The notes: a model not told the origin generated them from the sequence alone. Numbered from the whole stretch's first letter, positions 38,426 to 51,910 are shown. The stretch: 57,592 nt of DNA, filler included, from Sphacelaria rigidula (GCA_964200075.2; 8 parts of 8 records of this genome joined end to end with filler, not necessarily neighbours in it); one strand, 5' to 3'. A program made the numbers and translations.

Positions 38426-39706
38426 TTGTTCGTTTCTTCCCGCGAATGCCAGGTAAGAGCGATCTCGAGCACTGTGCATCCCACCCACGGCCTTAGCAGC
38501 AGCGGTGACACATTCGAAAGGTCTTTTGGTTCACATGGTGATGTCGCGCCCGCATCTCGGATCTCCCTGGCCGACCGGCTGGGCTCCGCCTTTAAAATGC
38601 TCACCGGGGGGGGCACAAATGATGGCAGCAACGGTCCACCGCGAGAGGGACGACCGGGCCCCTCGGGAACGAAATACACGCAGCATCCTGGCGGCTATTC
38701 CCCGTTTGAACCTCCTCCGAACCAACAGTTGAAGGAACGACTCCCAGATCAGCCAGCGTTTACAGCTGCCGCTGCTGTGAGCGCAAGGGACTTTGACGAC
38801 AGGTGCCGTGTGCCTGTGGAGGACGACCGTGCCCACCGTCCACCAAAAGCTGCATCACAGAGTATTAGTGATATCGGCGGCGAACATCGCGGGCGTGATG
38901 CACATGTCGGGGCAAGTGAAGAGGTCCCTACAACGCAGGGTGGAGAAGGGGGCGTGAGCTACTCCAACGCTCCGCCGCGGGAGCAACGCAATACAGGGCG
39001 GACAGTGGCGGGATCAGGTACGCCGGAGGTGGAGGGGCGACAGGAAACGCGAAATTCGATTCAGGTGGGTGAAAAAACACTGGAAAAGGATACGAAGCAC
39101 ACCGAAGACTTACTCCAGCTCGATAGCCGAGCACAGGAGGACGATACACAGCAACGATATCAAGATCTCATGCAGGTTGGCGCAGACACGCTCGACGACG
39201 AGGAAACGCGAACTACGGACTTGACTCAGAGTAGCAACCAAATACTGCAGGACAGAGCACGACAAATGGGCTATGCGGTGCCAATTCGCGACGGAACACA
39301 GCAGAACGACGCGGCATCACAGCCGACTGCGGAAGACAGGGAAGGCACGACAGCCACTCCAGAAACGTCGCAGGCAGGCGCAGAGGCAGGCGGGGGTTCG
39401 GCTGCAATTGATGACGGAAATGGCGGCTCACGTGAACAGCAGGTAGCCACCAGCGTAGTAGGGACGGCTGCGGCGGCAGCAAGGGGTGAGATAGATTGTA
39501 ACCGACCGCTGAAAAAGGCTGGATTGTGGGAGTTGAAGGCCGAGCGAAATCGCGTGTTGCAGGTCTTGTCTGAGGCTGAAAGTGAACGGGATTGGCAGCG
39601 GATGCGGGCGGAAGAGATTCAAGCTCAGTTGGAAAAAGCAGCCTCTCGCCTCCAAGATTTGCGTGTGACAGATGGCTGTGCGGTAAAGGAGCTGGTTGAG
39701 GTGTAG
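38426..39706 (+). CDS. Large exon of an unknown protein (disordered region followed by a predicted coiled coil); exon start uncertain
   Basis: 426 open codons in TE-rich DNA; acidic/low-complexity composition; helical C-terminus ELKAERNRVLQVLSEAESERD...LEKAASRLQDL; possible donor GAG|gtgtag at 39700/39701. Confidence 0.6.
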   Translation: MFVSSRECQVRAISSTVHPTHGLSSSGDTFERSFGSHGDVAPASRISLADRLGSAFKMLTGGGTNDGSNGPPREGRPGPSGTKYTQHPGGYSPFEPPPNQQLKERLPDQPAFTAAAAVSARDFDDRCRVPVEDDRAHRPPKAASQSISDIGGEHRGRDAHVGASEEVPTTQGGEGGVSYSNAPPREQRNTGRTVAGSGTPEVEGRQETRNSIQVGEKTLEKDTKHTEDLLQLDSRAQEDDTQQRYQDLMQVGADTLDDEETRTTDLTQSSNQILQDRARQMGYAVPIRDGTQQNDAASQPTAEDREGTTATPETSQAGAEAGGGSAAIDDGNGGSREQQVATSVVGTAAAAARGEIDCNRPLKKAGLWELKAERNRVLQVLSEAESERDWQRMRAEEIQAQLEKAASRLQDLRVTDGCAVKELVEV

Positions 39707-41795
39707 ACGCGTTCAGACTACTTCATGCGAGCATTATTCGTCCTAGCTGGGCCATATGTGGTACTTCATCACTTTTTACGCACGAGAGTTTCGCGTGCGG
39801 TGGTCATGTGACGCCATGTTTTTCAAGACGTGTTCTTCTGTGGTGTTAAGGTTTGTTTACCTTGAAGGGTATAGTGTATTCGGGCCCACGTATCCAGCAG
39901 GATGAGACGAACGATTAATTCAACGTACATTTCAGTCTGGAAAAATTCACGTGGCACAACATTGTCGATTTTGATTGCAAGTGCGGTGAAGTGAAAGGCA
40001 GGTAATGTTTTTTGGCGTCATGTGCGCAATGTGGTTTGCTGCTCACCAGAGAGAGGTGTTTTCTGCAAGCAATCGTTTGGCGCGACGACCCTCTACGAGT
40101 ACAACGCATGAGTGATCGCATCACCCGGCTGGTCGAATCCTGCGATGGATATGAGGTGATAATCTCCACAAATTCTCAGTATATTTCCGAGGTCCAACCC
40201 CAAGTGAATGATCGTCTTCCTCTGCGCTTCGGGCTATAACCGGCGTGTGCACCTTGCACCTTGGACATTTCTCAGATGCTCGTTTGTTAGTCGTATGCCC
40301 TACGTGACATTCTCCTCAAATCATCTCTGTATCAAGCCACGTCAGTGACTTGTTTTGACTGGTGCATAAACAGACACAATCGCACGAAAAAGCACGAGAG
40401 TTATGTTTCAGTACTTGCGGTGTGTTTGATTGTGTCGCTCATACGGGAGCGAGATATCTTGGAGAGATGTACAAGACGCCTGTGTACAGCTATTTTGTAC
40501 ACTACATACCTGGTACCTTGCGTGAGACAAGACACGCGATAGGATTCGGCCAACTGTTCATTCTTCGTTGTTACTACGGTGCAGTACGCGCCCTACATCG
40601 ACCGGGTCGCGAGCTAGTGCCTCTTTGATCAGTGTACTAATATGGTACCGTTACCGTAACGATACTTGTTACACCCCTTAAATATCCTCAAATCATGGCG
40701 ACACCACGGAACCGCTGATCATGCCTACTGATAGGCTTGCTACACTCGCACTTGTTTATTTTGCTCACAGCAAGCTACCGTACGATGCACTCCCACTTTG
40801 GTACTGCTATAACAATCCAAACAACCTTACTGTGAACTAGGCTTGGCCAGCGATCAGGCAGTAGAGTTACGGGTTCCGAACAAGAACGTTGTCGTGCCCT
40901 GCGGCCGAAGGATCTCCAAAGCGAGGCGTATTTGTCTCTCTTGTCATGTAGGGAAGGATTTGGCCGTGACTGAGAGTAGAGAAGAAGAACAAGTGAACGA
41001 GGTGGTACGGTAATACCGGTCACGTTCCACCAGGGTTCATGCGGTGGCGCCATTGTTCCGAGTTCTTTGTACCGGAGACCCTGTTGCCTAGGTTGCCAAA
41101 GATCAAGGTTCACAGGTTTGAACGTTTTGGGTCCGCTCATGTGGGTCACTGGCGGACCCCGTTCCTGAGACTGTTTCTCCGGCTTACATCTGTATTTTGG
41201 TGTTCATTACCCTCATACATATGTGGTCTTCACATTACCGTGTCATTGCCACATATATACAGTGCCGTGAGCCGCTACGTTACCTTTTTCTGTTCCTTTA
41301 AGGCCCTTAGGGCTGAAAAGGCTTCTACTGATCCGAAATTCAAAAAGTGTCCTCCTGTCCTATCCTTTCTTATCCGTCCGGTCCTTATTTTGAAGCTCTG
41401 AACCTCGCACTTTCTTTCCCGAATTGATTCGAAGTCGCGCTGCGCGAAAAAAACATCCCAACGCTCTTCGAACATCAATCGGCACGCCCTAAAAACGTTT
41501 CAGATTCATTGGTGCCTATGGCGTTGTGTTTTGCTTCTGTCTCTGGGGGCACTCGAGAAAATCCCCATTTCGACCCCTTTTGACCAGAGCGAGTCTTGAT
41601 TGAACTTCTCAGACCTGACTGTCGCAACTTCAATCGAGGCACTTTTGGAGGTTGGAGGCATCACACGCAGCAACCGGCTCTCCGAACCACTTTGAACACC
41701 CTGAAGAAGGTTCAGCTCCATTGCTGCTTCCTTCGTTGTCTTCGCTTGTGCGCACGGACGCCGTCCGTGGCTGAGGTGGAGGGGGTGTGAAAGTA

Positions 41796-41936
41796 CGTGA
41801 TCGACTTCCTGGTTGATTCACTCGTGAAGCTGTGCATAGTGCTAGAGGAGAGAGCAACCACGAACCGTGATCGACTTCCTGGTCATTAACTTGTGAAGCT
41901 TTGCATAGTGCTAGAGGAGAGAGCAACCACGAACCG
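41796..41936. repeat. 70-nt tandem duplication
   Basis: cgtgatcgacttcctgg...gcatagtgctagaggagagagcaaccacgaac at 41796 and 41866. Confidence 0.9.
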
Positions 41937-43107
41937 GCCAGGAAATCGATGTCAACATATTATATTAAGGTGAGTCCTCCCGTCACTGCACTTGTGAACT
42001 CTTGTCGCACACTGTGCACTGTTCTCGCAATATCGACTGTATCGTCATGTATTACCACACTGTCATATGGAAAGTAGCTAATACACTAGCTGGGGTCTCT
42101 CAGTTTGAGTGCCAGGAGATACCATGGTGCAAAGCCACCAAGCTCCCGCGTGGGCAACCTCACACGGACCTAGCTTTCCTTCCTTGACTATCACAAAGTA
42201 GGTTCATCCATGTTCAAACTCTTGATAAGAAACTCACGTGTTTGCTTAGCATCATGTTTTATCTACAAGCCTCTCTTACTCAGCATAGCCGGGGCGCAGC
42301 CATAGGAGCAGATCGTAGTGATGTCCCAGGGTAGAGACCAAGGAAAGCCGGTAACTGATGGAGGTAGGGCGACGCGGCCTGCCGCCGCGGCTGAATAACC
42401 CTAACTAATGACAGTAGCAGACGCGATAACAACGCGTCACGGAATTCAGGGTCTACGAGCAGACCCGCACAGTGTATATCTTGCAACGCCTCTGAGCTTC
42501 ATCACAAGACGGCATCATTACCGTGTACTGTGATACTGGAGTGTACGCTGTGTCGCAGACGCAAATATGTACTTATGTTAGACGTGCAGGGACTTCTACC
42601 AGTCGGGGACACGTTTCACGCCGGACTTCGTTGGCCACATAATTACCGTGACTATTTCACTCCGATATGGTCTAACCTACGGTAGAAATCACATAACTCC
42701 GGGTCAATCTTGCCTGTCTTAGTCCGGGCGCAGAAGTGAAGATGCACGCAAACACCTTGCTCAGCATGTGGGTCGATCCTTGGCGGATGATGGGTGTTGT
42801 TATCAGCGGTCAGCAAATGTGAAGTGCAATACAATAGTCGGGAGACGAGTATCAGTTTGCCTTCAGAAACGGTCTTTGCTTTCGCGTGTTCGAACTTTTA
42901 GCCCGGGGTGGGGGAGAGGTCGTCGCGGTTTGTTCTCAAATCATCATACGACTGAAGAAGGTGTAGCCATGATCCAATTTCTCTATGATCTACCATACAG
43001 GGTCATTATCCACCCTGTAACATCCCCGCTCAATAGATTTGCCAAGTGTTTCACCCGGTATCACTTATCGAGTAGAGACCAGCGCACTCGATCGAAGGCC
43101 GTGTGAA

Positions 43108-43143
<36 letters not shown>

Positions 43144-43170
43144 GTTATTATTATTATTATTATTATTATT
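43108..43170. repeat. (ATT)n microsatellite at the contig end
   Basis: Read directly. Confidence 0.95.
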
Positions 43171-44047
43171 NNNNNNNNNNNNNNNNNNNNNNNNNNNNNN
43201 NNNNNNNNNNNNNNTTAATTAATTAANNNNNNNNNNNNNNNNNNNNNNNNNNNNNNNNNNNNNNNNNNNNTGTTATTGGTGTGTCGCTTGAAGGGTTAGC
43301 TGCATCCTGCTACTATTGTTCAGTCCGAAGCCTGCTGATTATCTTGCATTTGGATGACAGCCTACAATGAGTTACTTTATTGTCTGGTATCGCCACTTCC
43401 TGAGATGCATGATCATGAGTACACCCCCCCCCTATTACCCCGTCTTCATCTTTGCTTTGTGTTCTTCCCTTTTCGTGGTCTACTCCGTTCGCCTGTTCTG
43501 CCTGTTCTATTTTTTTTCAATTTTCTTCGGCGATTGGTTGAGGTTCGGTTCGTGTCGGGTACGTCTATCAAGTGGATAATGACCACGGCTGGATCATGAC
43601 TACCTGGGGGATCAGTCAAAATCCACGAATCAGTCAATCAATTAATCAACCAAGCAATCAATCAATCAATATGGATGATACGAGAGCAAACCCTCTCATG
43701 GACAAAAACCGACGCATCGTGAGGATCTGTTTTGAAAAGCTTGAGCAAGAAGGATACGGCCGTTAAGGCTACACGTTACGCGCAAAATCATTGTGGTGCG
43801 GGAATGTCGAAGCAGCCTTTTTTCCAGGTAGAACTGCCCGCTACTGACGACTTTCAATTAGACCCGGAAGCTCTCTCCAGGTCTTGCATGACATCTTAGC
43901 AAGCAAGCGCATAGGGCCTACTTCGACGGAATCCTTACGATGGGCCAAAGGTCACACATATTAACGAGTTATCGAGGCAGGGGTGCTATCAGAAGACGCC
44001 CCCTGGAAGCGCTATCGAGGTCTTGACGACAGAGATCACCCACATTC

Positions 44048-44298
44048 GACACTTTCTACGATAGTCCCCCCCTCCGAAACCAGCCCAGAAGTGTCCCGAA
44101 AAAAATGGACATACAGCGCCTGATGTTTGGGTTCAGGCCGCATGAAGCGCCTCATATGGGCGACATTGGCGAGAACGAACCCAAGCGTGGGAATTCCCAG
44201 CTGCTCGTTGTGCTCATCTCATTCCATTTCGATTTACGTGAAGATTTTGCCTCCCCAAACCAGGCACTTTTTTGGGCGGGGCTAACGTAGAAAGTGCC
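44048..44298. mobile_element. GACAC-family MITE, short form, with 4-bp TSD ATTC
   Basis: attc|gacactttctacg...cgtagaaagtgcc|attc; body homologous to 664-1243 but lacks the internal repeats. Confidence 0.88.
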
Positions 44299-44584
44299 AT
44301 TCAAGTCGAGAAGACCAGGCGCATACCCAGCAGATGAATCTTTGAGTGAAGATTAGCCAGACCGACCACAGCCACCGGATTCACGATCATACGGCCAGAA
44401 GAACCTATGCCAACAGGTAGAACGGATGGGTGCACCACCTAGACGTGATCGGACAAAACATACGTGGTCGAAACATCGACTTCTCTACAGTAGAGAGATC
44501 GAGATCTTTCATGTCCATCGCAAGCGGAAGTGCTACATGACGGGCTATACAAAGCTGGCATCATAGAGATAAGACGACCTGGAG

Positions 44585-47500
44585 ATGGGTACACGTATTT
44601 TCGACGAGACCAAAAACTGTAAACAACCGCGTTGCCCAGACCACGCAGAGCGATGGATACGATTACAAATACATCGCTCCATGCGCCAGAAGGAATTCAA
44701 CACTCTCGAAACCCCCGAAAACATGTCCAAACCAGACCCACCGGATGACATCTTACGAGACAAGTCCTCCGAACAAGCGGTTTCCAAAATTATGTGGGCG
44801 ACTATCCTGGAATCCTCAGGACAAATGAACGCGAAAACGGATGGAGAGCACTGGACACAAGAAGCGATCGAAAAATTGGGGGCAGTGTAACGCGTAAGCG
44901 GACCGCGTGCATTCTGGACCGCATTGGAATTGAAAACACCTCGTGACCGACGTTTCTCAAGACCGCCCGGGCCAGTCCCTGCAGGGACCGCGCTCTTGAT
45001 CCTAACCCCAACCCTGACCTCAACCCTAACCCTAACCATAGGGGCGTTTAGACTTCGATGCGCGATACAGTAGCACTACAACGAAGTGTAGTTATTTCTC
45101 GAAAGGCAAAGCTGGCGTATTGTAAGATGGTGCGATGTCCTCCCTTGCTGCGTAGATCTGAAACCCATCACGAGACCCATCAAGCAGAAACCCCGGAGAC
45201 ACGGCCCAGTCATAGGAAAGTGTAGCTAGAGCCGGACACGTTACTCGTGGCTCGCGTCGTCAGACCAAGCAATTCAATTTGAGGCAGCCCAGTAGTAGAT
45301 GTGAGGAAAACTCACGGAGGTGTCGGAATAACATGCGATAACAAGCGCCTCAACGCAGCCACCATAGTACCCAGTGCTGCCGATTCCGCTTATCTCAAGA
45401 CATTCTTGATGCTCTGAGATGTTCTCAAGTATACACTACCCTTAGTTTACTTCAGACATAGTTCCGATATGCGCCATTAATGAATCATCTACACGAATAA
45501 AGCGATGTTCAATCGCCATTATTCCGCGGTTTTTTAGTCTTCTGCGATTTCGCCCACTGCACACACTTGGTGGCCACGCGCCATTTTTTACGTCTGGGAG
45601 AACGCGGGGAATAATCTACCATCGAACACATGAAGAAGTGTTGCTAGAGTTACGGCCGGTGCAACTGATGACTGAGGACAAGTTATATTATTAGCGCCAG
45701 CATGCCCGCGGAGAGGGGTACGGCCGGCGCGCGTACCGTGCGCGCCGCAGCACGTACCGAGGTGTGTTTGAGCGACGACGAAATCCAGTCGACGGTATAA
45801 AAGTCGGTAGCACCAGCACCACCTCCACTCATTGAGGGTACTGTACTGCGCTTCCAGGGTGCTTTATTCTCGATTGAGCCACACCGAACCGTCAAAATAA
45901 GGATTGGGTAAATCGGCAGATGCTAATCTGACAGGCGCTTAAGAACAATCTGCACCCATACATAGCAGGCTGTGGGTATTGACAATAAACCCCAGAGGGG
46001 CTGCAGGTTCAGGACTTGAATTGAACGAGTAATAATGCAACTAGTATGCGAAGGACTGGCGCGAGCTCGCCCCTACATGGGGCGATTTAATCATCCACTC
46101 CACGAGCGTCAGCGATCATGTGGGCGAAACGGCAGCCTTCCTTCAAAGACTCATAAAGGACGGACTCAAGCTATCGCCCGAAAGGGCGCAAATAGGAACC
46201 AAACAAGTGACATCCTTGGGAAACCTAGTGTATTTCGAAGGAGTGAAACCCGATCCAGCCGAAGTCAAGGCCCTGACCAACATGCCGGTGCCAACGGACG
46301 TTGGCCAGGCCAGATTTGCACCGGGAGCTAACGTCCGTGCAAGACAATTAATTATACCCATTCTGTTTTTTTTCATGATCTCCGAAAAAAAAAAGAGTTG
46401 AAACGTGAAACAACAACAGCCATGACGGTAGCGTGAACCTACGTCGGTAGCCCCCGATTTGTTTTGTTACTGGAACACAATGGAACATCTTGGGCTGAAA
46501 ATACTCCGGAATTACACCGAAATAGCGTATGTTCCACATCTTGAGTAGCCCCGCCCTCTTGCGCGCCTTCTTCCTTGCTCGGAGCATGGTGTGAGCCCCA
46601 GCAGAGCGTGTGTTTGACCACTTACTGCAGCATTGGTGTGTGGGTGCGTCTGTGCCCATGTGTGGGGGTGGAGGTGTTTCACCGGGGGGAAAACGAAATG
46701 CACGACATCTCGTGAAATTTCGTTTTTCCGGAAAAATACAAAATTCCCTCGATGAATTGGTGAGAGAAAGCGGTTGTCCCACTCTATTTTGAAATCAACA
46801 GGTTGGTTATCGAGTTCAAAAGCGAACAGATTTACCTCCCAGATCCGATGTTTTCTCAGTAACTTCGTTTTTTTTCTTTCTTCAGGAAAAAAACAGAAAA
46901 ACATCCCGAAAATACCAGGATGTCCTACCCGGTGTGAGATATTCTCCCCGCAAGAAGTACATGTCCCAGGAAAAATCGAACAAACCTTTTGGATTTTTGA
47001 GCATAAATAGGCGAGAAGAAAAAAAGGTTTTAGAGATGTCTCCGCCTCGAGACAGGGCTTTTTAGCGACCGGAGTTTTTGAGATTCGCAACGACCATCCC
47101 TCCCCCGAGAATACTGTACGTATGTAGCATTTGACACCATGGCAAAACTGTCTTTCACGCACCCATCATCCGCTACTTGACGTTGATTCACGGAGAGGCG
47201 TATCTCCTCGCACCTTTGAACCGGATGGTCCACAGAGACACACGGTTCGATTTCACTCAAGAACGCAGACTGAATGATCTGCAAGGAGAGCCGGTGTCAA
47301 ACTACGACTTCTCGAGGCCGCAGTTTCCGAGAAAACATCCGTCAGGCTTGGCACAGACCCTGGCCTACAAGCTTTGCAGGAACTACTCGAGCAGGTTACA
47401 ATCTGATGGCATTGTAAGCCGAACTCACTAGAGCTCTATCTCAACAGAAGTACCCTCCCGGCAGAAACACATCGGTCGACTACCGAGCTAGAATGTGGCG

Positions 47501-48390
47501 CGTTGGTGTGAGCCATCACGGAATGTCGACCATATAATTTTCGAGTGAAGCTCGAGTTGTTTTTTTCACAGACCACGCTGTCTTCACAAGCCTGAGAAAG
47601 TTACAAGACAGCGTTCTCCAAATACAAGCTGGTGCAACTTCCTCGGCGCGCACCACCGTCAGCGACGGGGTCCACCAGACAAAAACGACCCCGATGCAGA
47701 TGCACTGTCGAGATTCCCACTGCTTGCCGAACCAGAATACTCTAGCCCCTGACAATGGCTGATGGAGCTAGATGACCTCGGCCTTTTCTTCATCGGAGAA
47801 GGTGGAGAGTTTCACCAATATCTTCATAAAACACGTGTCGTCATAAAGTCAAGCGAAACGATACAAACCAACACTACGAAGGAACTAGACCCAAAGTCCG
47901 ATGCGGAACCGCGCTCCACGTTCCAACGCAGAGGGTGGGACAACAAATCGATATTGGTGTCCGAGGGCCTTTTCAACCGTCATTTTTCAGCTCACACCAT
48001 CTCAGCAACACACAAATCGTCCCTTGGTATCGCAACCATTTTCATCGACAACAATGCAACGATTCGGGGCTGCTAATGCACCGTCTCAAGCTGCCGAGGA
48101 CCCAAACTCACTGCCAAGGTAGTTCGAGACGTTTTCAACATGCTTGGTATCAAGAAGCGATACGCCTGCGCCTGTCACCCCCACAAAACAACGCTCACGT
48201 AGAACGACTCAACCACACGATCGCTGTCACTCGTGATCAACGGCAACCAAGACAATGGGGACAATACCTGCTGCCACACGTCGCCCATGCACACAATAGC
48301 AGTCTGAGAAATTGTATGCGTAACACGTCTGCAGAGCTAGCACCCCCCCTCCACCTGACAGAAAGGAATGTCGAAATGAGCCGAGGCTAA
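44585..48390 (+). pseudogene. Fragmented Ty3/Gypsy pol remnant with nested insertions
   Basis: FLQRLIKDGLKLSPERAQIGTKQVTSLGN..GVKPDPAEVKALTNMPVP (RT end); NKSILVSEGLFNRH...GIATIFIDN..IRGC and NAHVERLNHTIA..W.QYLLPHVAHAHNSS (integrase downstream of RT); the 44585-44885 part is weak. Confidence 0.72.
44886..45069. mobile_element. (CCCTAA)n-containing MITE, diverged copy
   Basis: tgtaacgcgtaagcggaccgcgtgc...ccctaaccctaaccatagggg...cgcgataca; flanks gcag and gtag. Confidence 0.75.
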
Positions 48391-48932
48391 GAATGGGGGA
48401 ATTCCAATACGAATCATACGCCAAAACAGTTATCAGGGGATCAAGAGACACAGTCTAGGTGATGACATGATAACCCCTTCTCCCCCAAACCAGCCCCCAA
48501 ACGGCCACGAATACAGTGGCCATACAGCGCATGATAGCTGGTGTTAGACTGAGTGGTACGCCCCATATGGGCGAAATTTGGGGGAAACGACCCCAAGGCT
48601 GGGGGACCCCAGCTGCTCGGTATTCCCGACATTGTTCATTTTGATTTGCATTTACATTTTGCCTCCTCGAACGAGTCACCTTTCTTGGGGCGGCTGTCGT
48701 GGCAATAGTCCTAGGTTGGATACGAGAACCGCTAGCAAGACACCGTAAACCCCGCTCGGGAGCACGAATAAGGCGTGGACACGCTTAAAGACAAGGAGAT
48801 ACTGCTGGAATACCAGGCCAACCATCCGGAACAAGCCTTGAGATAAGATGGTAAACAAACACGTAACCGCGAACTCGCATCAACAATTAAAACCCACCGA
48901 TGGACGGATAGATTCTGGATAATTTAGGTATT

Positions 48933-49001
48933 TCAAACTCGAGGTTCCCGATATATTTCCTAGCAAATTAATGTTTAATATGCCGGGAACCTCGAGTTTG
49001 A
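48933..49001. repeat. Hairpin with an 18-bp perfect stem and 33-nt AT-rich loop
   Basis: tcaaactcgaggttcccg / cgggaacctcgagtttga. Confidence 0.85.
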
Positions 49002-49102
49002 GAAGCCTCTGACGGAACAGGGGTATGTGGCAGCACGAAACATCATCATGGGGTCACAACCTTGCCCCACACGGATTGGAGGAGCGTATTTCTATCTGGA
49101 AA

Positions 49103-49385
49103 CTACCTCAGGATGGTCTAACGTGTTACAGTGGTCGGGAGGATACGAGTTCGATTCCCGACATATGCAGTTGGACTTTAGTCCGAGAGTACTCGATCTA
49201 CGTCGAACGTCGCAAAAGCGAGGACGTGACTAGCAAAGAAAGACTATATGATAAGAGTCGACGCGGGGGCGGAGGTACCGATAGTCATGATCCGATCCAC
49301 GATACCGAAATACAAGGCGTCTTCCGGGGGAGAGATGAGTTGATCTTTTGAGGCCACAGATTCGTCCCCGGGAGGGGAAGGTATT
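49103..49385 (+). mobile_element. Second SINE-like family; 3' partial copies at about 49620-49730 and 50705-50825
   Basis: A box-like tacctcaggatggt and B box gagttcgattccc; shared 3' body gagatg.gttgatc...gag.ccac.ga.tcgtccc...ga.gg. Confidence 0.55.
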
Positions 49386-49751
49386 GATAGTGTGACCTAA
49401 CGAGGTAAAACAAGCAGAAAACAAACACATATATGCTCACCGCGCCCCGGTGGTGTAATTGTCCGACTGTCGCCATTAGGGTGGAGAGAACGAGGTTTCA
49501 TTTCCCGGTGCGTTTTTTTTTTTTTTTTTTTTATTTTGTTTTCACCGTAAAAAGCATGAGGAGGCGAGCAAACAAAATAGTTGACTGAGTATGTTTGACG
49601 TGAGTTAACGCGGTGCGGGAGTGTTGGTCACGATCCAATCCGCGAGACCAAAATGCAAGGCGTGTACAGGGCAGAGACGGGTTGATCCCTTGAGACCACG
49701 GACTCGTCCCGAGGAAGGGGAGGGGTTCAAAGTGCGACACATGAGAATACA

Positions 49752-49804
49752 TAATAATAATGATGATGCTAATGATGATGCTAATGATGATGATGATGAT
49801 GATG

Positions 49805-49873
<69 letters not shown>

Positions 49874-50381
49874 GATAATAATAAATGATAATAATAATAA
49901 CAATAATAATGACAATAATAATGACAATAATAATGACAATAATAATAATATTAATAGCAACAATAATAGCAACAATAATAGCAACAATAAGAACAATACT
50001 AACAATACTAACAATACTAACAATACTAACAATACTAACAATACTAACAATACTAACAATACTAACAATACTAACACTACTAACACTACTAACAATACTA
50101 ACAATACTAACACTACTAACAATACTAACACTACTAACAATACTAACAATACTAACAATACTAACAATACTAACAATACTAACAATACTAACAATACTAA
50201 CAATACTAACAATACTAACAATACTAACAATACTAACAATACTAACAATACTAACACTACTAACAATACTAACAATACTAACAATACTAACAATACTAAC
50301 ACTACTAACAATACTAACAATACTAACAATACTAACAATACTAACAATACTAACAATACTAACAATACTAACAATACTAAC
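49752..50381. repeat. Compound microsatellite (GAT)n/(AAT)n grading into (AACAATACT)n
   Basis: Read directly; about 43 9-mer units with aacactact variants from about 49992 to the contig end. Confidence 0.97.
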
Positions 50382-51748
50382 NNNNNNNNNNNNNNNNNNN
50401 NNNNNNNNNNNNNNNNNNNNNNNNNTTAATTAATTAANNNNNNNNNNNNNNNNNNNNNNNNNNNNNNNNNNNNNNNNNNNNATGAGATCAGGGGCTCCTA
50501 ACAATTCTAATCTCAGAAATTATTTCTGTACCCCTACCGTAGCATCACTCATATGTCCTTCAAAGTGGGTTTGTTCTTTACATATTTAGTAAATTCAGTG
50601 ATTCATGTCCCGGCGGTCTTCTGCAACCAGCACCATTATGGTGGGGAAAATTCGGATTCAATTTCCTCCCATGGTTCTGGTTCGGCTGAGTTGAACAACG
50701 ATTGTCGACGCGGCGTGGGAGTGCTGTATCCAATGCGCGATACCAAACTGTGAGGCGTGTATCGGGGGAGAGATGGGTTGATCCCCTGAGACCACGGATT
50801 CGTCCCCAGGAAGGAGAGGAAGTCAAGGTGGGAGAAGATGGGAAAATAATCACCATGAATAGGGTCAATACGTGGCATCTTCGGTTCAAGAAATCAACAC
50901 TGAGCGCCATCCCGCTGCTTTCCACTAAAAACGCAGCGTTTCATGCTTCAGCCGAAGGATGCTGGCTGTATACCGATGTACGGAGAAAAAAAAGTGTAGC
51001 CAAGTCCCCCGTAACACCAGCCCACTTCAAAGTATATGTTGTCGTTGGCCGTCACCCAGAAATCGAAAATTCTTGACTCTTGGGCACACCGCAACAAGCA
51101 CGCTGCGTATATATTTAAGTAAATAATCTACTGTACCAGCCCCTCCCCCCGCCTCCCCACTCTCGTCCAACGGCTCTCCTTGACGTCTTCTCAAGCTTTC
51201 CGCCTACATTATCCCACATCAAGACAGGATATCGCTTTCACCACTGGATCCGTGTCCCCCCCAGAGCACACGTCAAAAACACTCCCCGCAGTCCCTCCCT
51301 ACACACACAAATTTCAAAATCACCCACTGCCGCATGCGCAGGTAATCCCCACAATGGTTGAACTAAGTCAAGCAACAAATGAGCACATCTCCACCGCTCC
51401 CCCCCCCCCCCCCCCCCCCCCCCCCCCACACCCCACCCCCCCCACCCCCCCCCCTCCCCCCCCCCTCCCCCCCCCCCCCCCCCACCCCCCCAAAACCACC
51501 NNNNNNNNNNTCCAAAACACCCCCCGCCCCCTCGCGCGCTAATCCCCCCCAAGGCTGTACACAGCCCAACAAAAAAAAGGCCCACCCCCCCCCCCCCCCC
51601 CCCCCCCCCCCCGATCCTCGATTAGATCCGCATGGCACAGTCTGGCCTGTTTGCTCCTCCCTGCAACAATCACCACAACTCCGACAAAATTCCTGCCTCC
51701 CGTGCTATAATACCGCACTGCACATAAGCGCCAGGCGAATTAATTCGC

Positions 51749-51910
51749 CTAACCCATGCCCATGCCCATGCCGCCAACGCTGTGTCGGTTGATGTTCTGC
51801 ATGTATTCGGCGTAGTTCATCGATCCGCCCGGGAAGGACGCTCTGTCTTCCACCAGATGCCAGTAGAACCGCCGCTCGTTTTGCCCGTCGCCCTCGCCCA
51901 CCACAGTTAC
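51749..51910 (-). CDS. SEC24: Sec24 terminal exon
   Basis: ttcag|VTVVGEGDGQNERRFYWHLVEDRASFPGGSMNYAEYMQNINRHSVGGMGMGMG-stop; LVEDR....SY.E(F/Y) is the Sec24 C-terminal motif. Confidence 0.9.
   Translation of the reverse strand, partial: VTVVGEGDGQNERRFYWHLVEDRASFPGGSMNYAEYMQNINRHSVGGMGMGMG

Noticed and set aside
40775..42486. Short protein-like ORFs (possible retroelement remnants or exons)
   Set aside because: Similarity is too faint to assign by eye
49781..50433. Asn/Thr-, Leu/Val- or Ile/Leu-rich ORFs
   Set aside because: Translations of a microsatellite
51379..51638. Proline- or glycine-rich proteins (also at 35020-35269)
   Set aside because: Poly-C tracts beside small N gaps; low-quality homopolymer sequence
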